Assembly: GCA_964106915.2 (NCBI GenBank)
Contig: OZ066918.1
Length of the DNA: 64,000 nucleotides
Origin: Podarcis gaigeae
Lineage: Eukaryota
Strand: one strand, 5' to 3'
Below the pieces are notes generated by a model. It did no database searches and was not told the origin of the DNA. It saw only the letters and a program-made list of their open reading frames with translations. This document shows, piece after piece, positions 37,862 to 51,277 of the stretch. How positions within the stretch are numbered: position 1 is the stretch's first letter; each line of letters opens with the position of its first letter. Made by a program: the position numbers and the translations under genes.

Positions 37862-39565
37862 GATCTTTTCATTTAGTTATTGTGCCCATTCCTAGACATT
37901 TATTTGACACTGTTGCTCACAGATTGGAAGCTATTAAGGAGGCTTAAAATGGCAATTTTATTACTTCATGGATCAAAATCATAACGTAACAAGGAGAAAT
38001 ATGAGAGTTGCTTCTTTTCATTGTAATCTCAGCATGCACACCTGCTGACAGGAAGAAGAGAAGCACAACAGTGGCCTGGGATTGGTGATGGACTCTGAAA
38101 TAACAGCAGTAATTATACTACGCAATCATCAAACAACAACAGCAGCAGATGCCATCAAAAGTGATGGAGAAATGGACAATATATCATGATCCAAATTATT
38201 TGTTCTTTGCAGTTGGTAAAAAAATATAGTCCACTGTGACTCTTAATTGCTAATCAGTTGACATACTGAACACAAGAAAGCAGTTCATCTAATATATAAT
38301 GGTATAAACCAGGCAACAATTTATTCATTTGGTCCCAAGATTAAAACTATCAATAGAGTTTGGTGTTTTGCTTGTTTCACCACTCAGCAATCCATCATAA
38401 CCCCAAATTTAATGCAGATAACTGAATAGCCAGCAATTTTTTTCCATTTGGTTATTTATTTATTTATTTATTATTTATTGGGAATATCTCTGTATATGCG
38501 TTTTGTTGGGCACAAATAGTTATTCATTCCTACAACTTAATTTGCTAAATTTTAAAAGATTCTCAGCAAGTCTTCCAATAAACATGGTTTACAGTACCAT
38601 TTTTGAAGCAATGGCCCTGAGAAAAAGGTAAAATATTTTGTTTTGCACTGACTAAAAATTTAGAACACAATAAAGTAGGGAATAAGCAACAATCCGTGTG
38701 TTCATTCCAGTGAATCGAGTCATCTACAGTGTCATTTTCTTGTAAACTTTGCATACACAGTACAGAAATTGTATTATGCTTGAAAACATCACACTTCTGT
38801 ATTTTGATATTGTTAATCTCAGAAACGGCACACCTAAATATAATAATTAATAAATTATGCTATTACTATGTCAACATATGACAAAACACCTACACTTAAT
38901 CAGTTAAACTTTATATTTTGTTCATGCTACTGGAGCATGAAATATTGTGCAGCTAGAAATCTTGTATTTCCATTCCAGTAACTTTTATAGCAATTGAATT
39001 AAGCAGAGTGTGCTTAAGGCATCATTTCTTAAATATAAAAAATATTAAATCAGATTTTTTTAATACCTTAAACTGAAAACATGGGCTGATATCTTGCTTT
39101 TTTGTTTTTTAAAGTGCTACCTCTACTGGTTTACTGACTGGTTTACTGACTTAGCGGTTTCCCCCATTAAATTTTCCCATTCAGATTCCCCACAGGGAGA
39201 AATGATGTGCATATTCACTGTGCGCCTCATCACGCAGAGTGCAACCTCCTAGGTTCAGGTCCTGTGTTTATATATTCAGAGGGGCTTCCTACCTTTACCT
39301 TCAAGGATAACATGGAAGGGCACAAATAAATCAGGATAAGCTCAAGGCCAACTCTCAGTCTCTTCCTAGAGAGAATCTGGGGTGGGAATGTGTGAGGGAT
39401 TAATGTATGAATATGCTCTCAGCAAACTCTTTAAAATTGCTTCTAAGTAAATGGTTTCCAAAATGCTGGACAAACCATGTTTAAAAGATAAATATAGTTC
39501 TTAAGACTTTTTTTTTATTTACTCTGGATTTGGCTTTAAACCCCAATTATTTTGTCTTTGCTCTA

Positions 39566-39807
39566 CAGTGGTACCTCGGGTTACAAACGCTTCAGGTTAC
39601 ATACGCTTCAGGTTACAGACTCTGCTAACCCAGAAATATTACCTTGGATGAAGAACTTTGCTTCAGGATAAGAACAGAAATTATGCTCTGGTGGCGCGGC
39701 AGCAACAGGAGGCCCCATTAGCTAAAGTGGTGCTTCAGGTTAAGAACAGTTTCAGGTTAAGAAGGGACCTCTGGAACGAATTAAGTACCTAACCCGAGGT
39801 ACCACTG
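39566..39807. mobile_element. Tc1/mariner MITE, family A
   Basis: TIR cagtggtacctcgggtta / taacccgaggtaccactg, TA TSD. Confidence 0.92.
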
Positions 39808-39814
39808 TATTTTA

Positions 39815-40468
39815 CAGTGGTGCCTCGCAAGACGAAATTAATTCGTTCCGCAAGTCTTTTCGTCTTGCGAGTTTTTCGTCTTGCGAAGCACGGTTTCCCA
39901 TAGGAATGCATTGAAAATCATTCAATGCGTTCCTATGGAAACCGCCTTCAGACCAGGTCCGGGGACAGTCTGTCCCCCGACCTCTTCTGAAGGCCGGCGG
40001 GGGGGGGGGGGAGAAGCGCTGCGCACCTTCCCCTCTGTTCCCGGACCTGTCCTGAAGGCTTGCGGTGGGAGGAGGGCTTTCCTCCCCACCGCCAACATTC
40101 AGAAGGCTGTTCTGAATGTTGGCGGTGGGGAGGAAAAAGCCTCCTCTCACCGCAAGCCCCGGGAACAGAGGAGAAGCACTGCGCACCTTCCCCTCTGTTC
40201 CCGGACCTGTCCTGAAGGCTTGCGGTGGGAGGAGGGCTTTCCTCCTCTGTTCCCGGACCTCCCACCGCAAGCCTTAGGACAGGTCCGGGAACAGAGGAGA
40301 AGGCGCGCTGCGCTTCCCCGCTGTCCCCAGAGATTTCCCTATGGGCTTTCGTCTTGCGAAGCAAGCCCATAGGGAAATTCGTCTTGCGAAGCCGCTAAAA
40401 AATCGGAAAACCCTTTCGTCTTGCGGGTTTTTCGTTTAGCGAGGCATTCGTCTTGCGGGGCACCACTG
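39815..40468. mobile_element. Tc1/mariner (Tigger-like) MITE, family B, CpG-rich
   Basis: 22-bp TIR cagtggtgcctcgcaagacgaa / ttcgtcttgcggggcaccactg (1 mismatch), TA TSD, repeated ttcgtcttgcg motifs, internal direct and inverted repeats. Confidence 0.9.
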
Positions 40469-40767
40469 TATTTCATTCTTAGGGTGATACACAGTACAAT
40501 GTTAATAGGATTTAAATAGACTTGAGTCAATGGGTCTACTCTGAGTATGATTAGTGTTGTATACTTAGTTAATACTGTGGAAAGAAAAATATCAATTTTA
40601 GCATTTCGAAAGTAAAACCATAGGCTTAGCATAATAGAAAAAAATGAAACGCTAAGAGACATATATGCCCAAGCCACAAGAATACATGAAAAACTACTCA
40701 ACCTGGGTGAAAACAAAACAAAACAGCACTATCCTACGTGAGAAAGAGTTGTGGGTAGTCAAAGGTG

Positions 40768-41109
40768 CTGTATTTTTTGCTCTGTAAGACGCACCCAACC
40801 ATAAGATGCACCTAGTTTTATAGGAGGAGAACAAGGGAAAAAAAATTCTCTCCCTCTCTGCGCAGTGGCTCTCCAGCAAAGCGGAAGGAGAAATGGAAGG
40901 GGCTCCGTTTCTCCTCCCACTTTGCTGAAGGGGCGGTGTGCAGCTTTCCCTCTCAAGAGGCTTTGCGTGGCTATCCCTGAAGCCAGGAGAGCTCTCCTGG
41001 CTTCAGAGATAGCTGCACAGCCTGCATTCGCTCCACAAGATGCACACACATTTCCCCTTACTTTTTAGGAGGGGGAAAGTGAGTGCTTCTTATAGAGCAA
41101 AAAATACGG
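40768..41109. mobile_element. Tc1/mariner (pogo/Tc2-like) MITE
   Basis: ctgtattttttgctctgtaaga / tcttatagagcaaaaaatacgg TIRs; right flank TA, left flank TG. Confidence 0.8.
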
Positions 41110-44007
41110 TATGTATAAAGTCAACTCTTCCTAGACATGACAATTATTATTATTGTTGTTGTTGTTGTTAAATTTGTTGCTCAAGCAAACAAAAGCAAGT
41201 TATAACCAATAAACCAACCAACCCATTACATTAAAACCAATACAAAAAATATATACAATAAAAACATTCCACCCACTTTTATAAGGCCACAGACAATTAG
41301 GGGCTAAAGGCCTAGTTATAAAAGAAAGCATTTGCCTGGTGCATAAAAATATACAATGCTGGCATCAGATGAGCTTCCCTGGGCAAAGATATGCTGTATG
41401 CTGAAGAAGCAAAAGCATGGTTGAGCTGAAATATTTCTGCCTTAACTCAATGCTAAGTCTTTTATTCTATTTACCTATTGGATAAAGAACAGAAAAGCTT
41501 TTAAAATATATATATACATATATGACAAATGTGTACTGTATCTAGACCATGTCCAAGTTCAGCCTGTATGTGTGTATGTTTAGTTATATAATTGGGGGAT
41601 TCGAGTCAAAATATAGATTTGTGTTTAATAGTTGCAGAATTAGAAATATTACAAGACCAATGAATCTGAAAATAAACAAGCAAACAAACAAGCAAGATTT
41701 ATAGGATTTTCTTTCCTACAGAAGGAAGCACTATTGAGAGTAAACCAAAATTCTGTTTTCCTTTGAGGCAGGTATTGTGCCTTGATATAAAAACGACAGA
41801 ATATCTTTTTCTGAAAATAACATCCTTCATCAAGGTATCACAAAATGTTGTTTTTTTTTCAGAAAGAACCTGCCATTAGCTAAGGAAAAAAGAAAGGTCT
41901 TGAGGCAATATCTCAAATGAAGAGATTCAATAGCCTGAGAGACAAAACGTTTTCCAGATAAATGAGGCAGCCTGAGTGGAAGGGCAATTTCTAGCTACAC
42001 AGAGTTCTGACAAGTTAGAGAAAAACATACTGGATGAAGAGATGGGGTGGGGTGGGGTGGGGTGAGTAAGAGGTTGATATTGTATGTTTTGAGGTCAAAG
42101 TGTGGAGCAAATCAGTGGAGATGCAGAAAGGTAGAAAAGCAATTTGGAATTGGATTTGGAGAAAGAAGAAAGCTAGAAAAATGAAAGAAAATGGGCTGAT
42201 ACAATCTTCCATTTCCTCGGGCAAGAATGGCATGAGGCTACACATTTATGGTCACTCTAGTATAGACTGAGGAAAGAATAAATAGAACTCTAAGAAATAA
42301 TCCAAGAATAGAAAGAATAGCATTCACTGGATAGACAATGAAGAGTAGATATAATGCTAGTATGGACGTTAGAAACTATGGTAGAGACAATGAAAGGAAG
42401 AGAGGATAAGGACAGGGAAAACTTAGTTGTGGGATGGAATCACCAAAATATTAGTTTCACCACAAAATTGGTGTCACACCTATTGATGTCACACCACAGT
42501 GGAGAGACTAATGGATGGTGGTAGCATGAATGATCAAAGGATGGGCTTTGTTGGGGAAGCATTGTAAATCAACAACAAAACTGACACTTCACTAGAAGGT
42601 GACATTTTAAAAGCTGATCACACAAGTGGAGCCATGAGAATTCTGGGGAAAAAACCACCCTGTAAGGGGGCAGTGTGGAAAAAGAGAGAGAGAGAAAGAA
42701 TCAGAAATGGAGTAATCAGAGCTCTTAGTCTTCCTGTCCCCACAAAATGAGAGTGAAGATCAGTTGCTAGCAAAAGCTCCCAGTTTTTAGAATATAAGAA
42801 CTGCTACGTGAAGTACCTCCCTTTGTTTGTCCAGAATCTCCCAGCTTTTAGCTTCTCTGATGACACTTAGTTCTAGTGTTAGAAATCCTTTCTATCCGCT
42901 TTCTCCACACCACTTATAATTTTCTGCAGTTCTGTCACGACCACTTTACTCACTCCAAATTAAAAAGCCCTAAATGGTGTAAATTGTCATTGTAGGGGAG
43001 TTGCTCCAACTATTAATTTGGTCCCTTTTTTCTGTACCTTTATCAGCTCTACAGTACCCTTTTGAGGTACAGTGACCAGAAATGTGCATGCTTCCAAGTT
43101 TATGTGGCATTATAATATTAAGATCATGTGACATGATTGTATCTTCACAGTAAAATATGCTATGCTTTTCTGTAAAGTCAATTTGGCAACAAATGTAGCC
43201 TTCTACACAGGAGAGAAATGGAAGTAAAAAGGGTCTGTGAAACAGATCAATGAGATGACCTGTGAGGAAGAGGTTGAAATAATGCACTTCCAGTTTCTGC
43301 AGAACTTTTGCTATCAGAGAGGGGTAAAAGAAGTGTACTGCTGATGAAGCACACATACCAGTTTCATTTTGTATAAAATAATCAAGTATGCTTGGGTTGC
43401 AGATTTTAAAATTGCTCATTAAATTATTTAAATTAAGCAGGAATATGAGCCCAGCAAAAAAAATGATGTTGGTTTGCAAAGCAAGTTAAAAAGTCCTCCC
43501 ACTTTATTGGCAAGGGAAAACAGAAAACTCGCTTGTTAGTATAAACTTCAATTACCTGAACGCACAAAGCTCGAGCACTGGATTGTATTGTACTTTAAAT
43601 AAATCACCCTGAATTCTTAGCAGCCACCAATGGCACAATGGCAGCCAACAGAACTGAAGCTTGGGCTCAAGCTTCCTGACAATACAGACTTCTAAAAATT
43701 GTTATAACTGCTTTTATTAATGGGGGGTGGGGGGTGGATTTATTTATACAGCTTTGCAGAATAACCTCAAATCTCACTGGGACCAGGACCATTCAAATAA
43801 GTGTATTTTAAATATATACAAGGAAATATACCACACAAGTAAGGTCTTGGAATGTGCTGAGTAGGAATGCACAGCTACTGAAAGTGTGAAAAATATAAAT
43901 ACTTCAATAGCACAACAAAAGCAGGCAAATATAATAGTACCAGCACCAGCTGGAGACATATAGTCGAATTGAGGGGCACACTGCCATTTTAACCCCCAAG
44001 CTGTCTG

Positions 44008-44246
44008 CACTGGCGGAGGAAGAGGAGTGCAGGGTGAGTGCACCGCCCCCGGCAGCGTGATCCCGGTGTGGTGCCATCGTGGCTGCCCCCCGCCTGCGCT
44101 GGGCACCACGCCTCCACAGGCGGCGCACCCCGCCCCAGGACGTGCACCCTGCCCCTGTGGGTGGCGCACCCTGCCCCGGGATGCATGCCAGCCCCGCCTC
44201 GCCTGTTCTCCACCCCCCGGTGCTGGAGCATGAAGCGCTGCCACTG
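44008..44246. mobile_element. GC-rich hAT MITE
   Basis: Perfect 8-bp TSD gctgtctg (44000-44007 and 44247-44254); termini cactggc / gccactg; repeated gcaccc motifs. Confidence 0.85.
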
Positions 44247-44342
44247 GCTGTCTGAGGTCTGAGTTTCTGAAGGCTATTTAAGCCCACAGATTTCTGAACC
44301 GATCACAACTACATATATGCAAGGCTTCCCTGAAAAAAAAAA

Positions 44343-44471
44343 CATATAGAATTGTAGAGTTGGAAGGGACCACAAGTGTCATCAAGTCCAACACCCTGCA
44401 ATGCAGGAATCTTTAGCCCAATGTAGGGCTCAAACCCATGACTAAGAGTCTCATACTCAACCGACTGAGCT
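44343..44471 (-). mobile_element. tRNA-head, CR1-tail SINE
   Basis: Minus strand: agctcagtcggttgag head, gggtttgagccc B-box, CR1-like tail ggtcccttccaactctacaattcta. Confidence 0.75.
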
Positions 44472-46121
44472 TTGACCTCATAATTAGCAAATGAAACGAG
44501 AGGCACGAGAGGCCAGTGATCATGTGTCTTGCTTTACAGAAGATGTTTCTCTGTTTGAAGCACTGTCCAGTGAAACCATCCTGTATTAGAAGGGCTGTCT
44601 GGACCAATTCTAGTTTAGATATAAAGAATCATGTGACTGTGGCAGTGCTGTCACTTGCTGGGACCAGGATGGTGGCAGTTGCAGACCTGCATCTGCTGCC
44701 CCTGACAGTTTGATGATGCCACTGCCCCGTCCTGGACCCAGCAAGCATCCGTTCCTCAACTCCATCTTATACATGGTGGCTGATTGTTGATAAATATGCA
44801 CCTATACATGTGTATTAGCAGGAATAGTACAAACGTTAAGCAAATATTTGACCTCTTTTTCAGTGATGCATTTCTTATTTTAGTTGGTGGGTTAAGTGGT
44901 CATGGTAAAATATACTGTTTTAAAATCAATCATTCAGTCAATCAATCAGCTAGTCATCTGGTTGTCTCCCCAACCATGGCTCAGCCAGAGATATGCCAGT
45001 GGAAGTCCCTCATTCCACCTGAAGCTGGTTCAGCTGAGGCCAGCATAAGTCATGTTGAAAATGCTAAATCCTCACTCTGCTAAATCTTATGCAAAATCCT
45101 CACTCTGTTCACCTCAGTCATGAGTCCATGTAAACCAACAAGAACTTAAACTGGCAAAAAGAGTGGTGCAAGTCTAACTCTATTTAAAGGCTTCTTTTCT
45201 CACTGCCAAACTTGGGCAGAATCAGTTGGCAGTGGCCTTGCTCCTGAACACGGTTTGTGTCTTGAGTACTTTATGCTGGTTTAATGTCAGGCAGTGTAAA
45301 TTATGCTGGCTTCCTACTCTAAGGTAATATCCAAAAAGTGAACACTGAATGTATATCATCACACCAGAAATAAAGGAACAGTACCTGACAATCAGCATTA
45401 AATGCAAATAAAACATCCATCAGTGTGGAAACTGACAGCATTATGTATGTCAGGAGAAATATTAATGTGCAACATTTTCACCAACAAACCAAGTAGAAGA
45501 CCTATAGTACTGTGGGTAATGGCTACTCTGACATTATGTTTTGTCTAAACAACCCACAGTCAATATAACATCACTGGAAGTGACAGAGTTATTACAATGT
45601 CAATAAAAAAGTGGCACGACTTGATACCTGATCCAAATTATCCTTGAATCAAATTTGACAAAATAAGGTCGGAGAAAGAGGTTGAAGTGAACTTAACTTG
45701 CAACTGTACTAATGTTGTAAGTGGGAGGTTTTATTTCAACAATGCAAGGCCTACATGCAAATACTTCTACATTCTCTTGGGAAAGATAATCATATGAAAG
45801 TTCCACGTTGATTCAAAATATAGTCAACATTCAGAATGCTATGTCAACTGATGCCACCTAACAAATACAAAACACATGCAAGATTGCAGTGGTTGTTAAA
45901 ACAAACACAATTAGGATAATGCTATGACCTCCTCTTCCTTGCAAATCTCATTAAAGGGATGGAGTTAGATAGTTTCCAATAAATCATACTGTAACTGTAG
46001 TAAATCTAAAAACGGGATAGCATGGAAATAACCTACTTTCATCGTACCCTCTTCAGTAAAATAACTAGAATACAACTATAGGGCTAAGGAGAACTGTGAC
46101 TATTTAATGTGATTTTTATTA

Positions 46122-46363
46122 CAGTGGTACCTTGGGTTACTTACGCTTCAGGTTACACACGCTTCAGGTTACAGACTCCGCTAACCCAGAAATAGTATCT
46201 CAGGTTAAGAACTTTGCTTCAGGATGAGAACAGAAATTGTGCTCTGGTGGCGTGGCGGCAGCGGGAGGCCCCATTAGCTAAAGTGGTGCTTCAGGTTAAG
46301 AACAGTTTCAGGTTAAGAACAGACCTCCGGAACGAACTAAATACTTAACCCGAGGTACCACTG
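46122..46363. mobile_element. Tc1/mariner MITE, family A
   Basis: TIR cagtggtaccttgggtta / taacccgaggtaccactg, TA TSD. Confidence 0.92.
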
Positions 46364-47465
46364 TACTTTCCTTTTGTAAGTTCAAAAAGACCTGTAATTT
46401 AATTTTATAAGACAAGGCTCATCCTTTGTATTGAACTCTATGCAGCAGATACCACACGCCAATCAATACATTGCACCATATTACTTTAATATTCAGGGCA
46501 ATGCACCTTTTGCTGCAGATTGCAATCCTCTAGTGGGGAAAAACTGAATAGTATCCAGACTGTGTATATGTTAATAAGGCTAGGCTGAACATATCCAAGG
46601 AGTGAGTACTAACATCAGAGTACAATTATAGGAGAAATAAAGGAGGAAGAAACCCTAATAAGAACTCAAAAATATAATTAAAATATTTCAGCTTCCACAG
46701 TTGTTTCTAAATAAAACATGTCATAGAAAATGGCAGCAATTAACTTTTGATGTTTACTTCTAAAGTTTAATTATATAAGCTGTAAGTAAACAATCCACAA
46801 GCCTGTGCTCCCACCACCCACCCTGTCCCTTCCCACCCAAATAGAGCATAACAATATTGCTTTCCAGATTAATTACATAAACTTTAGTTTTGTATGCAGC
46901 TGTTGAGTCATCATCCTGAATAGCTTGGAGCCTCCCTTTGTTTCTCTCCAAAAGGGAAATTCACCAGACAGCTGAAGATGGGGGTGTTGATGTTGACAGC
47001 TGCATTCCCTGGTCACAATCTAGCACAGCTTATTTGGCAAGACTGATTGTTTTAATGCACTCTGCTTTGAAAATACTCAAATTATGGCAGCAATAAATAT
47101 TGTCATCAGTTTCTGTTTATTAGAAGGACTGAAAACTCAACAAGAGCTGGTCTTTGGGATTACAATGAGCCTGGTATACAGTAGCAGCATCTCAGCTAAG
47201 TACTTATAAAGGCATTTCCATGAAATCCTGTTATATTGCAATGAATATGCTGTTGGAAATACTGATTGCAGGAAATTATTTACAGAGGTATCACTCTATG
47301 TTGGACTGCACAGTTCTTCAGTACTGAAACAAAAAAAACATTTGCAACCCCACTCCATTGCTAACACATCAGTTGCAATTGTACAGTTGTAATGGGTAAT
47401 AATAATCCTATATTAGGATCAAATGGTACACTCAATGGAGGGTTAAATGCTACATTCAATGCATA

Positions 47466-47814
47466 AAAGGTAAAGGGACCCCTGACCTTAGGTCCAGTCG
47501 CGGACGACTCTGGGGTTGCGGCGCTCATCTCGTTTTATTGGCCGAGGGAGCCAGCGTACAGCTTCCGGGTCATGTGGCCAGCATGACCAAGCCGCTTCTG
47601 GTGAACCAGAGCAGTGCACAGAATTGCAGTTTATCTTCCCACCAGAGTGGTACTTATTTATCTACTTGCACTTTGATGTGCTTTTGCACTGCTAGGTGGG
47701 CAGGAACTGGGACCAAACAATGGGAGCTCACCCTGTACTGGGGATTCAAACTGCTGACCTTCTGATCAGCAAGCCTTAGGCTCAGTGGTTTAGACCACAG
47801 CACCACCTGCACCC
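47466..47814 (-). mobile_element. Sauria SINE, full length
   Basis: 16-bp TSD ctacattcaatgcata (47450-47465 and 47815-47830); tRNA-like head at right, ACCTTT tail at left. Confidence 0.93.
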
Positions 47815-49146
47815 CTACATTCAATGCATAGTATGCAGTTAAATCTCTTGTTTCTTAACTGCAGTCACAGCATGCAACTGTTATTGGCAACACAGCACGT
47901 GGAAGGGGATATATATATTGCTTCCTTCTCCAGCTGAGATCCCCTCCCCAAAGAAAAACAAATCCCCCAAACAGCTATGAGGATTATTATTATTATTAAG
48001 CATTGTAATTGTGCAGAGACCAATATTGAGGACTTCAAGGGAGGGAAGGATAAACCTCCTCTCCCCATGAACTGCAGTCCTAATAACAAACACCTCCACA
48101 ACCCATGCCTGCATCACTTTGTGACATTTATTTGTTTATTTAAAATAGAGACAGAACTAAACTATTTTTAATGAAAAAGCAAAGGGATATGAACAAATTT
48201 ATCACCACTCCTTTATAGCTTATTGAGCTCTATGGCCATTTATCTGAGCATGGGATGGTACCCTGAGGTTTTTATAATTATATGGGAGTGGGGACTTAGT
48301 TTCCTTTTTTCCCTCCTGGAAAGAGGGTACTGAGACAATCAAGACAAAACTTAGATTTAAGAAAAACTGGAAATAACGAAAGCTAATTGATAATTTGGGA
48401 GAATTCTAGAGCTGTTTTTGTTCTAGAAAAGATACAGTTCATAAACAAAATACTGTAAATAAAGGTATAGAAATATATGAATATGACTGAATAAAAAGAG
48501 AGTCCTAATTAGATTAGTCATTATCATCCTCTATTTGTAGTTCTTTTTAATTTTTAGGTGACTCTTCCAGAATCTATTTCATGCATTATTACACTATTCC
48601 AATACAGCATCCCACTGCTTAGCATATTATAATTTCTCTTTCAGAAGTACTGCCTTTACAATAAAAATGCCGTAATGTAGCCATTAGTCACAAACGACAA
48701 CATACTCTGTAGACAGTACTCTCCAAGCCTCTCAAATAAAAGTAGAATAATGAAATGTAACACAAAGCTCATTTTAAAGAGCAATCTCAGTTAATTAAGA
48801 TAGATGTGAACCATTAACTAGGGGGCACTATGTACTCAGAGGACTACATTTGAGGCTTGTTTAATATGTGCATCTTAAACTCTTTCAGCTCTTATCCACC
48901 AAGAAAGGGCTGCCAGGTGAGCAGATTGTCACTCCAACCTCAGCTAATAGATTCTCCAGTGGCTTTTGTTACTGCTCATGTCATGCTACTGAAACGATGA
49001 GCCTCAAAAACGGCACAACATATGTAGCTACGACTTGTCAGCTCCGGGTAATCACACTCGTCATGGTTTCAGAAGCAGATGCAGATGAGAGTAGCATTAT
49101 CAGTATGCAAATTGAAATGGTCCCCCATGCCCACCACAGTTCTTAC

Positions 49147-49254
49147 CTCTAATGGCCCTCGTAGAAAGTCTGTTTGCTCAGCTCCTACTTCAAGTGCTAC
49201 GTCCACAGAAGCAAAGGGACGGCTGGCCATCTGCTGCCGCTCCCGCATAAGTTG
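49147..49254 (-). CDS. ATRNL1: ATRNL1 (attractin-like 1) internal coding exon, cytoplasmic tail with MASRPF motif (probably third-last exon)
   Basis: Minus strand reads tctttttccttccatcag|CAACTTATG...CCATTAGAG|gtaaga: polypyrimidine acceptor, canonical donor, 108 nt, phase 0-0. Translation QLMRERQQMASRPFASVDVALEVGAEQTDFLRGPLE matches recalled vertebrate ATRNL1; the paralog ATRN diverges after VALE. Too short for the ORF track. Confidence 0.95.
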
Positions 49255-51277
49255 CTGATGGAAGGAAAAAGAGGTTTCAATGAAATAACTTCAAAATATG
49301 ATGCTCAGTAGCTGAATTCACTTAACATTTATCCAGTAATGGCAACTGACATTTCCAAAAAATATATACCAGGGTTATCTTAAGTGGAGTTTCGTGGTCT
49401 CCAGACATGCGAAAAGGTCCCAGAGCCCCAGGGATGTATGTTCTTACATGGTCACATGGCTGGACATGCAACATACCACAACTTTTCTAGGGTCTAACTG
49501 GATTATGGTGCAAACAATCCCATTCCCACTAATTCCTTTACTTTGCAAAACTAAGGAATTTCCATGGCTATCCACACCAGGTTTTAGTGAGTATTGTGAA
49601 TGGTTGCTTGAATTCAGTTCATCCTCAGCCTTGATAAAGGATGCCACTTTCTTTCTTTAGCTATCTTTTGCTAAAACTGTATTATCAGCGTCTGCTTGTA
49701 CTGAATCTTGAATCTTGAATACTGGTACAAGAAGGTCAGCTGACTTCAAAATTACTACCTCCTTGTTAATGTTTCAGAGTAAACCCCTATACCACTTGTG
49801 ATGACTATTTGTATATTTTCACAAAGGTTGGAACAAGGGTACATAAATTATGCTTTCCCTTAGTACTCCAAGTAACTGTCAAGCCTAGCCCAGCCCCCCT
49901 CTTTGTTACACACATAGAGGATTTCTTTAAGGAACATGAAGAAATGGTGGCAATAAATTTTCATCTGAAGTCTGATCAAGAGACAAAACTCAATGAACCT
50001 GTGCCAAGAACAAACACTGTCAGCCTTTAGATTCCCCATGCACTTGTACTGAAACCAGATGGAGTTATTAGTGACAGTGTCTGCAGTTTATATGCTGTCC
50101 CTTCCCTTATTACTTAAACATGAAGAATAATGTCTGAGCATTAGAGACCTGGTGCCAATGTAACTGAGGAACCTGAAGACCTACATTATGCTCAGGTTGC
50201 TTAGAAAGCCCACGGACGTCATGCCAATGTTCAGTGAGCCACAGTCACATTCTCATAAGCTAATTTATATTTCCCCCTCAGTCTCTAACAATAATACTAA
50301 TTAAACCTGAACAAATAAAAATGGTGAGCAGCACTAAATAATACAAATCTTTCTTCCCTGGATGTATGAAATGAATAAAAGCAACATTAAATATTTAAAT
50401 CAAATTAATTATCAAGTAAGTTTCATTGCTTGCTTGCTTTTTTACATGAAAAAAAATATCTCATGGTACCTAGGAGGAACAGAAGTCAAGAGCTGTCAAG
50501 ACTAGAACCAGGAACCTCTGGGTAACTCAGTGTATTGAGCCACTGAGGCATAAACTTATATAGCTGCATGGACAGCAACAGGTTCCAAGCACTGGAATGA
50601 CTGTTCACTGGCTCTCCTCAACAAGAAGAGCTATAAAGATTTGCTGGTTAGGCTGTTTCTGGGCAACAGTAGCCCTTCCCAGCTCTGACTCTTGCCTTGA
50701 CCTCTCATTCCTGGTTCCCTGCTCCAACACAATAGCTACTTACAACTCGGCTCTTAACACAAAATCATGTAATACAATTTCTTTTAATATTGTTTTCACA
50801 GTAAGTTCCTTAGAATTTTTCATCAATGCTTCAGAAGGCCCCTTCAATGTAAATTCAGCTAGTACTCGAACATTCTCTACATAAAATTCCCTTTGAGATA
50901 ATAAAGGGTATGCAAGCAAATTCCTCATGACACCTTATTACTTAAGGCTTTTGATTTAAGGGCTACGACAATGCAGCAAGTACATCTGGTAACGTTTTTC
51001 AATCATCTTACTTTCACATTTGTATTTCAAATGTGGGGTTTCTTTTGTGAATAAAAGAACACGGCTCCAAAATGAAAATATAAAAACCCATGCAATCATT
51101 ATATAAGGGGAATGATACTCAAAACAAAACCCGATTTCTATAATCATAGATCACGTCGGCTAGTGCAATGTTTATTCTCTGTGAGAAGCATATGCACTAT
51201 ACTCTGTTCAATACTCTGGTAGCTTCTTAGGAGTAATTTAAGGGCTGAAAGCAGGGTAGCCTAATCACCTTCTAAAT

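Larger units (their letters stand above)
1..49146 (-). other. ATRNL1: ATRNL1 intron downstream of the MASRPF exon (continues beyond window start)
   Basis: GT donor at 49146-49145. I did not find the next canonical exon (GAPKPIAIEPC...) by eye in 1-49146. ATRNL1 has very long 3' introns in other vertebrates. Confidence 0.7.

Noticed and set aside
39815-40468. Repeat-spacer pattern (ttcgtcttgcg) superficially like a CRISPR array
   Set aside because: Irregular spacing, 11-bp motif, inside a TIR element, vertebrate genome, no cas genes.
39812-41068. Overlapping 96-163 aa ORFs on both strands
   Set aside because: They arise from GC-rich repetitive MITE interiors; no transposase motifs.
42970-43479. 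169-aa minus-strand ORF
   Set aside because: Non-ATG start, AT-biased composition, no recognisable domain, no convincing splice sites.
43774-44287. GC-rich ORFs resembling a CpG-island gene start
   Set aside because: Explained by a hAT MITE with a perfect 8-bp TSD.
50460-50932. Possible degraded LTR containing a 62-aa ORF
   Set aside because: Only one plausible TG/CA end and no TSD found.
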